From a virus, in IMG/VR virus record IMGVR_UViG_3300020579_000006, positions 30,865 to 94,864 of that record: a stretch of DNA of 64,000 nt. One strand, given 5' to 3'. The notes under the pieces were generated by a model that worked only from the letters and a program-made list of their open reading frames with translations, was not told the DNA's origin and did not search any database. A program made the translations under genes and the position numbers. Of this stretch, positions 9,323-17,253 are shown piece after piece. Positions within the stretch are counted from its first letter, which is position 1; the number at the start of each line of letters is the position of its first letter.

Positions 9323-11934
9323 GAGCACTCCTAGCAACGATTATTCTCCTTTTAACTAGTATATCGGCTTTTAGTCAAACTCAAATAACAGGGTCTACTA
9401 CTATAGCCGGAAACATTTCTCTTGGTACTGCTGTAGCAATAGGCCCTAATACTGGTTTACCTCCCGACCAGCTTCCAGTAGGTTCTGGTTGGCACGACCT
9501 AGGAGTCCAGAGTTCTCTAAACGGAAGTGGTCAATGCTTTACTCCCGCTCCTCCTGGTTCTACTGGTTGCGAATCCGTTCTTGGTTCTTGGGGTAGTGGA
9601 GCCATGATGCAAATGTCTGCCCAAATGTGCGTAAATGGCGGCGGGCACGTAAACTATAGCGGTAACGAAATATATTGTTTAACTCTAACCGGTTCTAGTG
9701 GCTGGACATGGGTACGTATAACAAATCCTACTTCTCCTTACTCCACTACTAGCCAAGACTGTTTACCAGAAGGGTTTAATTGCAGTTCTTTAACTGTAGG
9801 GTCTACAAACGGATTTCCGCAGTCTGTCCATCCATATAACGGATTAACATCCATTCCTAACCAAAATCGTATGGTACGCTGTATGGGTTCTAAGGCCGTT
9901 AGTGGAAACACAACTCTGTGGTGCTGGTCGTATGATTTTACAAATAATTTTTGGACTTTAGAAGATAAGTCAGTTGTTGGTAGTAATTGCTCTGGCGCTA
10001 CTGCACAAGGACTTGGTGGTCACGCAGTATACGATAATTATACAGGTCATGTTTTTATAAATAGTGTTGGGTGCTTATACGAACTCGACCCAGTTGCACA
10101 CACAACGATACAACTGGTTTCTTTTGATAACGTAGCTATAGATGACCACTTAACGTCTGATATAGACCCTATTCGTCATTTAATGGTGTATGTTGGTTGT
10201 GCCGGATGTAGCGGCAGCCCTAGTGGTATTGTTACTACAGATATTACTCCAGGCAGTGCTCATACTCACACCAATCTAACCTCTTCCATGACCGGTTGCA
10301 CCGCTATTGGCGGTCAAAGTTATAATGGTATTGCCTATGACCCGGTAACTACTCTCATGGTTGTGTTGCTTACTGACGTTTCGCACATGTATTACGTAAA
10401 CGTAAGTGCGAATGCGGTACTGACACAACAAGGTTCAATTGCAGCTAAAAGCTGTGTCGAGATTACTGGTTTTACCGGCGGACCAACTAGTGCAGGTCTT
10501 TCAGGTAATTATAACGGTCTTTTTAAGCGCTGGTCTTATGCGGCATTTTGCGACTGTTTTGTTTATGTAGGAGACTTTAATCAGGATAGTTTTATCTTCC
10601 GGCTACCAAGACTTCCTGTTGACCAGCAACAGTTCGTGGCATCTTCGGCTAGTCCGCAAGTGTTCCGCGCACTTGGCCTAAACGTGGCTTGCGACCTGAC
10701 AGATGGCTGTGATGGCACGTTCGATGGTTTCAAATCGAACGACCTACCCGCCAATCCGCCGGTATTAGATAACGCTGTCGCAGGAACCGTAGGAGCCATC
10801 AAGTTTACGGTACCAGCGCAAGGCGGACCAAATGACGCAGGGTCTATTCGTTACAATTTTAATCCTATCGGTGCAACTACAAACCAGTTCGGAACCGGCG
10901 GAGAGTTCTGGGTAAAGTATCGCGTCCGTTGGGATAATTGGGGAACGTGGGCCGTCACCGCTGGACAGAGCGCAGCGGGGCCAAAGTTCGATATAACCGG
11001 TGCTGGACAGTCAGCAAGCGATGTTAGCCTAGAAGTAGGTTCCTGCACCATTCTTGAACAGACCACGCAGGATGTTGCAGGACGTAAGTTTATTCAGATG
11101 TACACTTCTTGCGGAAATTTTATCAGCTACGAGGCTCCCGCTGTTGGTTCTACATTTGACCTTGAACCCGGTTTGAACGGGCAGTGCCTATACCAATCCA
11201 CACAAACTGACTGTTACAAATATCTAAATAACCTAAACACATGGGTTGACATTGTAAAACATGTCAAAATTAACGAAATGTCTGGTCCTGGTAAAGGAAC
11301 ATCGAAGATTGAGCTATGGGCAGCACCGGACGGCCAACCACTGCAAACCTTGGTTAGTGTTTCTGACGCAGGAATATATCCAGATAATACCGGCTCCGAC
11401 CCGCATAGTTCGCTATTGTACGGTAAGGTCTGGCTACTTCCCTACATCTCGAATCGCGACAACACGGTCAACGACGGCTTCGTGACGCACGTCTGGTACG
11501 ACAAGCTTGAACTCTCGCGGGGCTGTATTACCGTTCCCGGACCGCTCATCTCCGTGCAAGGTATTTGCCCGGCGACGCTCATCAAGGCGACAGACGTAGA
11601 TAGCACGCACGTCACCGTGACTTGGCAACATAACGACCTTTATGGGCTAGACACCTATATAGTGGAGCGTTGTCCCGGTGTAATTAACGATTGTGGCAAG
11701 AACCCGGCAGCGAACTTTACGCAAATTGCTATTACTGATACCGCGAATCACATTTGCACCAACCTTTTGGCCTGTAGCTTTACGGATTCGACTGTAACAA
11801 CCGGTCACACTTATAGTTACCGCGTTCGTCCTGTGCGGCTTATCTATGGCATTACTTATAAAGGACCATACACCGGCGGATTGTGCTACCTTGGTGCTAC
11901 TGGAACTTGCGACCCCACAACTACAACACCATAA
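9316..11934 (+). CDS. secreted-type Cys-rich protein (propeller-like N-half, lyase/lectin-like middle, FN3-like C-terminus)
   Basis: Signal peptide MVRALLATIILLLTSISAFS|Q; GGGH..YSGNEIY; C-terminal VTVTW...YIVERC...FTDSTV..GHTYSYRVR FN3 pattern. Confidence 0.65.
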   Translation: MVRALLATIILLLTSISAFSQTQITGSTTIAGNISLGTAVAIGPNTGLPPDQLPVGSGWHDLGVQSSLNGSGQCFTPAPPGSTGCESVLGSWGSGAMMQMSAQMCVNGGGHVNYSGNEIYCLTLTGSSGWTWVRITNPTSPYSTTSQDCLPEGFNCSSLTVGSTNGFPQSVHPYNGLTSIPNQNRMVRCMGSKAVSGNTTLWCWSYDFTNNFWTLEDKSVVGSNCSGATAQGLGGHAVYDNYTGHVFINSVGCLYELDPVAHTTIQLVSFDNVAIDDHLTSDIDPIRHLMVYVGCAGCSGSPSGIVTTDITPGSAHTHTNLTSSMTGCTAIGGQSYNGIAYDPVTTLMVVLLTDVSHMYYVNVSANAVLTQQGSIAAKSCVEITGFTGGPTSAGLSGNYNGLFKRWSYAAFCDCFVYVGDFNQDSFIFRLPRLPVDQQQFVASSASPQVFRALGLNVACDLTDGCDGTFDGFKSNDLPANPPVLDNAVAGTVGAIKFTVPAQGGPNDAGSIRYNFNPIGATTNQFGTGGEFWVKYRVRWDNWGTWAVTAGQSAAGPKFDITGAGQSASDVSLEVGSCTILEQTTQDVAGRKFIQMYTSCGNFISYEAPAVGSTFDLEPGLNGQCLYQSTQTDCYKYLNNLNTWVDIVKHVKINEMSGPGKGTSKIELWAAPDGQPLQTLVSVSDAGIYPDNTGSDPHSSLLYGKVWLLPYISNRDNTVNDGFVTHVWYDKLELSRGCITVPGPLISVQGICPATLIKATDVDSTHVTVTWQHNDLYGLDTYIVERCPGVINDCGKNPAANFTQIAITDTANHICTNLLACSFTDSTVTTGHTYSYRVRPVRLIYGITYKGPYTGGLCYLGATGTCDPTTTTP

Positions 11935-11942
11935 GGAGAAAC

Positions 11943-12338
11943 ATGAAAAAGATATTACTTATTGTCGGATTTTTAATTTTAGCGGGTTTTGCTTCTTATA
12001 AATACGCATATGGTCAAGGTCCGAATCCGGTTCCCTTACAGCTAACTTTATCAGGGGTTCATACTCAGTGTGTTCCTAATGCGGCTACTACTCCCGCTCA
12101 TTTAGATGTTTGCGGAGCAGGAGATGGAATATTTCTTGCTAATAATGGCGGTGCTTTTGTACAAGTAGCAACTGTTACGGTAACTGCTCAAGGAGTAACA
12201 CAAATTACTATTTGTAACGCTGCCGGTGCATCTTGTGGTGCTGCTCAAACCGGAGCAGTTAGTATAAATATCCCTAAGTCAGTCGTGGTAACTGCGCCCG
12301 CTACTACGACCGTAACTCCTACTGCGACACTACAATAA
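11943..12338 (+). CDS. small secreted-type Cys-containing protein
   Basis: SD AAGGAG then ATG 11943; MKKILLIVGFLILAGFASYKYAYG|Q signal peptide; 4 Cys. Confidence 0.7.
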   Translation: MKKILLIVGFLILAGFASYKYAYGQGPNPVPLQLTLSGVHTQCVPNAATTPAHLDVCGAGDGIFLANNGGAFVQVATVTVTAQGVTQITICNAAGASCGAAQTGAVSINIPKSVVVTAPATTTVTPTATLQ

Positions 12339-12571
12339 TGGTACCAGATACATTCATCAAAGAGATATTTAACGAAGAGAACGGTAAAACCAGCTTTGCT
12401 CGAATAGGCAGTTTCCTTTCTCTTCTTGCGGGCGTGGGATGGGTATCATACTTAGTGTATAAAAACCACGTTCTTCCTGACCTGAGTGGTATCTCTTTAT
12501 TTATAGGAGTGCCTTATGGTACTAATAAGTTCACTAATTTTATCGGCCAGTTTACAGGCAAAGGACAATAA
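12338..12571 (+). CDS. putative holin-like 2-TM protein
   Basis: 77 aa, EENGKTSFARIGS then two hydrophobic segments. Confidence 0.45.
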   Translation: MVPDTFIKEIFNEENGKTSFARIGSFLSLLAGVGWVSYLVYKNHVLPDLSGISLFIGVPYGTNKFTNFIGQFTGKGQ

Positions 12572-12609
12572 ATACTTGTCCGGTTTCCGGACTTTAAAGG
12601 AGTACTTCC

Positions 12610-12990
12610 GTGGCAAACAGCTATAACAGCAACCCTCTAATTTTCGATACCGATACAACACAGGGTTGGCGTTCATTACAAACTCTTAATACCGGAAACC
12701 TACCTACGACCGCACAACAACTTTCTGGAGCCGTAACTAGACAGTGGGGTGTTCGAGTCACTAAGATTGTTCTAGAGTCTAATGGAACTACTGTTGCAGG
12801 AGTAGTAACAGTAGCAGACCCAAATGATGGAACTATTTTATGGAATTCGGGCGTGGCAGCGGCTGCCGGGGCTACCGGTACCATACTAACACGAGAAGAT
12901 TTTGCTGACCACTTTCCCGCTTGGAGAGATTTTAAGATAACAGGCTTAACCGCGACTGTTACAAAAGTATACATATGGTATAGAAGTTAA
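12610..12990 (+). CDS. putative virion structural protein
   Basis: SD AAGGAG, GTG start, beta-rich 126 aa. Confidence 0.55.
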   Translation: MANSYNSNPLIFDTDTTQGWRSLQTLNTGNLPTTAQQLSGAVTRQWGVRVTKIVLESNGTTVAGVVTVADPNDGTILWNSGVAAAAGATGTILTREDFADHFPAWRDFKITGLTATVTKVYIWYRS

Positions 12991-12999
12991 AGGACTTAT

Positions 13000-13275
13000 A
13001 TGGCTAAAGATAGAGTATCAGAAGTAATGGGTGGAAAGAAATCCAGCAAGAAACCGGCCAAGAAAAAGGGCGGGAAGAAAACCAAAGGTATGCATGTACG
13101 AAAAGCCACTAGCGGTGGTTACATTGCCAAGCATGACGCACCCGAACCCGGTGCGGAGCAGGAAGAACACGCCCTTCCAGACATGGCCGCCCTTCAAGAA
13201 CACATGGCTCAGAATCTACAAGGCGAAGAAGAACCCGGTGGCGGCATGCCCGCACCCGCCCAAGCGATGGCTTAA
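13000..13275 (+). CDS. hypothetical protein, Lys-rich N-terminus and acidic C-terminus
   Basis: 91-aa ORF with SD AAGGA; EVMGGK motif. Confidence 0.65.
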   Translation: MAKDRVSEVMGGKKSSKKPAKKKGGKKTKGMHVRKATSGGYIAKHDAPEPGAEQEEHALPDMAALQEHMAQNLQGEEEPGGGMPAPAQAMA

Positions 13276-13538
13276 TGTCTAGGTTTAAAGCTGCCCGCCA
13301 TGTTCTTGGCGGTAAATCTCGCAAGAAAATTCGTTCAGTTCGTGGTCGCCGAAAGATTAAGAAAACTGTGGATGAGTGGAAAGCGGGAACTCTGCATAGC
13401 GGGTCTAAGACAGGTCCTGTAGTTAAGTCACAGAAGCAAGCGGTCGCAATTTCGCTCTCGCAAGGTCGCAAGCACGTAAGGAAGGGTAGTCCGGAAAATG
13501 AACACAATAGAACCAGCACCTCCGAAACAGGGGTGTAA
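13275..13538 (+). CDS. small basic protein, DUF6496-like
   Basis: EWKAGTLHSGSKTGPVVKSQKQAVAISLS motif. Confidence 0.65.
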   Translation: MSRFKAARHVLGGKSRKKIRSVRGRRKIKKTVDEWKAGTLHSGSKTGPVVKSQKQAVAISLSQGRKHVRKGSPENEHNRTSTSETGV

Positions 13539-13616
13539 GCCAGTAAATGGAAGCTGTCCGGTTTTGGAAACCGGTGTCGCAAGACTTTAGAGGTTCGAGT
13601 CCTCTCACCCCTACCA
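13529..13616 (+). tRNA. tRNA-Pro (TGG), atypical
   Basis: Acceptor AGGGGTG/CACCCCT, anticodon arm CCGGT-TTTGGAA-ACCGG, extra variable hairpin GTC-GCAA-GAC, T-loop TTCGAGT, ACCA end. Confidence 0.8.
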
Positions 13617-13620
13617 TCTT

Positions 13621-13695
13621 TGCTCTGGAGAACCGGCAGTTCAAGCAAGCCTCATAAACTCGCCTCCGTGGGTTCGACTCCCACCCGAGCAACCA
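13621..13695 (+). tRNA. tRNA-like gene with CAT anticodon (fMet-like, degenerate anticodon stem)
   Basis: TGCTC.../...GAGCA-A-CCA acceptor, D-stem GAAC/GTTC, loop CTCATAA, T-arm GTGGG-TTCGACT-CCCAC. Confidence 0.6.
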
Positions 13696-13710
13696 TCTTA
13701 AAGGCAGAAA

Positions 13711-15573
13711 ATGGAATATGTAGAGTTTTCAGATGACGAACTATACGAAAAAATGGCGGACGTTAGACAGAAGTTTCCTCCTAAAGATACCGCTGAATTT
13801 GAAAACTACAAAAAGCTATTACCTCTGACCGACTTAGGAAAAGAAGTCCGCCGTAGGGCGGAGACAGATTTATTCTTTTTTGCTAAGTATTTTATAGGTT
13901 ATGACAATCAGAAAAATGACATGATTGTTGACCATGTTCACCGCCGGTTGTGTGAACTGTTCGTAAAAAAAGATAAATCAAAAGATATTAAAAGTCAGGA
14001 CACCCGCAAGGAAAGACTTGTTCTTTATCCTCGCGGAAGCTTAAAAAGTACCATAGATGTCATAGACGCGGCCCAATGGATTCTGAATTTTCCTAATATC
14101 CGAATCCTGTTCCTGACTGCTGCCGATGACCTAGCTGTTGGTTTCGTAGACCAGTTAAAGAACTTTTTTATTATCAGAATGGATTCTCCGAGTTTTATGA
14201 ATCTGTTCTTTCCCGAGTTTTGTATACCGGATACTAAAACCGCACTAGGGAGCGCGTTTACTTTTAACTGTCCTAAGCGCACTATCTTTGACGATAAAGA
14301 TTCTACAGTCAGAGCACTGTCCGTTCTTTCGACCGGTTCGGGTTTTCACTTTGACGTAATGAAAGCTGACGACGCGGTATCTGACCGTAATTCTGAAAAC
14401 GAAGAACAGTGCATCAAAGTAACTAAAAAGATTAATCTAGCTCGCAAGATGCTGATGGCTTGGGGTTTTTTCGACCGTATCGGAACCCGGTATCACGAAA
14501 TAGACAACTACGGACAGACACTTGAAAAAGAACTTATTGGCGAAGTCGAACGCCATAGCGGACCTTGTTGGGAACAGATAGACGTAAAATCGTCCGGTTT
14601 GCGGATTTTAATTGGCCGCGCTATTGTTCTGAAACCCGGCAACGAAAATAAGACTTATGGTGATGCAGGCGAAGAAGGCTGTAATCTTCTGTTTCCTGAA
14701 TACATGAGTTTTAGTTGGCTGATGAATGAACTCCATAAAGACGAGTTTATTTTTGAAGGCCAGTTAAACCAGAATCCCCGCCCTAAAAGCCACATTACTT
14801 TTGACCGGCCTTTACTTCTAAGTCATACAGTTCCTTTTAAAGAACTTCCGGTAAACGGACCAATTGCTATAACCTGGGATTTTGCTTTCAGTCAGAAAAA
14901 AGACCGGGACTATAGTACAGCAGCAGTTGGTATTTGGAACGACAAAGGCCAGCTTTTCATTTTAGATTTAGTCCGGGCTAAATTTAATCACACTACCTTA
15001 GCAAAAGCCATAGTTGATTTAGCAGCACACTGGCATCCTATGATTATAGGAATTGAGGATGCTGCGGGTTCTAGATTCCTCGAACCTACTATTATTAATG
15101 AAGCTCGTAATCGCGGAATGGCAGATGTACTAGCTATCTGTAGTAAGATAGACTGGTTTCCGCCGGAACAACAGAAAGATGCTAAGAAATCGCGTATGGC
15201 AGCCCTTCATCCTTGGCTGGTTAACAACATGCTTTATTTCGCTGCCCATCTTCCGTATCTGGAAATTCTTTACAGCGAGTTTGAGAAGTGCTTAGTCAGT
15301 CATCATCACGACGATATACCAGACGTGATTTCTCAGCTTCCTCGTTACGCACCTCGCATGAATAATATGATTGCTAAGAATGAAGTCGTGACGATGACGC
15401 GCGAGGAAGCCGCGTTTAATTTAATGTTTAATGAAGGAACCGACCCATATGGCCGAATTGGTCTGGGTTTTGTACCTCAACCTTTAACACCCAGTATTAC
15501 AGATGTAGGACCAGAAGCGCAAACACCTCATGGAGACCTAGCACCATTACTCGGGGCCGGGTTATGTGGATAA
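13711..15573 (+). CDS. terL: terminase large subunit
   Basis: Walker A-like PRGSLKST, GFHFDVMKADD Walker B, IGTRY coupling motif, nuclease TWDFA...DYS...HDDIPD. Confidence 0.92.
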   Translation: MEYVEFSDDELYEKMADVRQKFPPKDTAEFENYKKLLPLTDLGKEVRRRAETDLFFFAKYFIGYDNQKNDMIVDHVHRRLCELFVKKDKSKDIKSQDTRKERLVLYPRGSLKSTIDVIDAAQWILNFPNIRILFLTAADDLAVGFVDQLKNFFIIRMDSPSFMNLFFPEFCIPDTKTALGSAFTFNCPKRTIFDDKDSTVRALSVLSTGSGFHFDVMKADDAVSDRNSENEEQCIKVTKKINLARKMLMAWGFFDRIGTRYHEIDNYGQTLEKELIGEVERHSGPCWEQIDVKSSGLRILIGRAIVLKPGNENKTYGDAGEEGCNLLFPEYMSFSWLMNELHKDEFIFEGQLNQNPRPKSHITFDRPLLLSHTVPFKELPVNGPIAITWDFAFSQKKDRDYSTAAVGIWNDKGQLFILDLVRAKFNHTTLAKAIVDLAAHWHPMIIGIEDAAGSRFLEPTIINEARNRGMADVLAICSKIDWFPPEQQKDAKKSRMAALHPWLVNNMLYFAAHLPYLEILYSEFEKCLVSHHHDDIPDVISQLPRYAPRMNNMIAKNEVVTMTREEAAFNLMFNEGTDPYGRIGLGFVPQPLTPSITDVGPEAQTPHGDLAPLLGAGLCG

Positions 15574-15574
15574 T

Positions 15575-16016
15575 ATGGAAGATAAAAGAAATCGACTCAC
15601 TACAAAAGCTGTGGTCTATGACGATTTAGATACAGACGAAATAGAGATTAAAATAGTATTGAAAGAAGGAAAAACCTCTAAGGATTGTAGTCCATTTGTA
15701 ATGGAGAGAGTGTTACTCAATCATATGTTTCGCAGTTGGCCAACTTGGTGGGAATATTGGATGAAACCAGGAAGTACACTAGGATAATATGGAACATGAA
15801 ACGCCAGACAGTTTTATTGTGAACCCCCCAGTAGGAAACTCGAACTTAGAGTTCAGAGCGGAGTGCATAAAGTATGTGGAGCCGTACGTACGAGAAAACG
15901 GTATCCCACTCGACTGGAATAAATTTAATGCATTAGTTTTCGACGGTTCTTTAGAAGGAATTGTTTCAGGAGACCCTGAAGTAATAGAAAAATCTTTACA
16001 TAAGATGAAAGAATAG
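15575..16016 (+). CDS. two small hypothetical proteins (15575-15787 and 15789-16016)
   Basis: Tandem ORFs on the operon strand. Confidence 0.5.
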
Positions 16017-16549
16017 TCTTTAAAATATATTTGGTTACTAACATTGTTAATGGCAAAGTCTATGTTGGCAAAACAGGTCAGACCATAGATGCTAGATGGA
16101 AAGAACATCTTAAATTGGCCAGACTAAACTATCCTTCTTACTTTTACAGAGCAATGAGAAAATATGGACCGGATATGTTTAAGGTAAGAGAAATAGATTG
16201 TGTAGAGACCAACGAACTTGCTAACGTACGAGAAACTTACTGGATAACTCAAGTCTTCAAATCCCACTGTTCGGAAAACGGATATAATTCAACACTTGGT
16301 GGAGAGGGAGTTATAAGAAACGAAGAGTCAGAAAGAAAAAGAATAGATGCCCTACAAGGTAGAAAAGTTTCTGAGGAAACTAGAAGAAAAATTAGCGTTG
16401 CAAATTCAGGGAGAAAATTTTCTGATGAACACAGAAAGAAATTAAGTGATGCAAAATTAGGGGACAAACACCCTCTTTTTGGTAAGCATCATTCAGAAGA
16501 AACTCGTAAGAAGATGAGTAAAACTCACCTACGACGACAAGAGTTATAG
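16013..16549 (+). CDS. GIY-YIG homing endonuclease with NUMOD3 repeats (probable non-AUG start)
   Basis: FKIYLVTN...KVYVGKT, GYN..LGG, HSEETRKKMS; in-frame TAA at 16001 and no ATG/GTG/TTG before the first Tyr motif. Confidence 0.85.
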   Translation: MVFKIYLVTNIVNGKVYVGKTGQTIDARWKEHLKLARLNYPSYFYRAMRKYGPDMFKVREIDCVETNELANVRETYWITQVFKSHCSENGYNSTLGGEGVIRNEESERKRIDALQGRKVSEETRRKISVANSGRKFSDEHRKKLSDAKLGDKHPLFGKHHSEETRKKMSKTHLRRQEL

Positions 16550-16570
16550 TAAAATTCAAGGAGTAATAAT

Positions 16571-17209
16571 ATGAAAGTTGTTGCTGGAAAAGGTACGAAA
16601 GTAGACCCTAAGAAACCAAATCGGGCATGGGAAAATGAATCCTACGAGTTGGTTGAAAATGTAAACCAAGGTCCGGCTGGTGCTCGCAAAGGTAAAGTTA
16701 TGGGTGGGCATAATCAGACCTCCGATAACATGGCTGAAAAGAACCAGTTAATCGGAATAGACGGTGCTAAACAAGACCCGTATCGCGCCGAAGGTTCTGA
16801 CTGGCCTGACGGCAAAACTAGCGCTGACGCCGACCACGGTCAAGGTGGGGGGGCTACGTATGAAAACCCCAATGGCGGCGGCAAGAACGAGTTAGTTATC
16901 GATTCCGAGAATCAATGCGGGCCGCGTCACGTCGAAGATGATGGTTCTGGAGAACACGGTGCTGGTACACCCGTACCCGGCAATCGCGCTGCCCGAGTTG
17001 CATCGAACTTTCCTATTGACTGGAATGATGGCGAAAGCCGTTCAGATGGCGGAGAAATAAGCATCTGGCAATCTGTTGACCTACAAACCGGTCATATCGT
17101 TGGTGGCGAACAAACCAGAGTTATGGATGTTCCTGATTTCAACGTTCACATACCGTCGGCTAAATCTGCCGGTTCTAAATCAGGCCGAGTAGCACGCGAC
17201 CTAAAGTAA
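16571..17209 (+). CDS. hypothetical acidic Gly/Asp-rich protein
   Basis: Strong SD AAGGAG, 212 aa. Confidence 0.7.
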   Translation: MKVVAGKGTKVDPKKPNRAWENESYELVENVNQGPAGARKGKVMGGHNQTSDNMAEKNQLIGIDGAKQDPYRAEGSDWPDGKTSADADHGQGGGATYENPNGGGKNELVIDSENQCGPRHVEDDGSGEHGAGTPVPGNRAARVASNFPIDWNDGESRSDGGEISIWQSVDLQTGHIVGGEQTRVMDVPDFNVHIPSAKSAGSKSGRVARDLK

Positions 17210-17253
17210 TAGTCCGGAAACTGAACACTTAGAAGGGGCGGAGACAGCACAGA

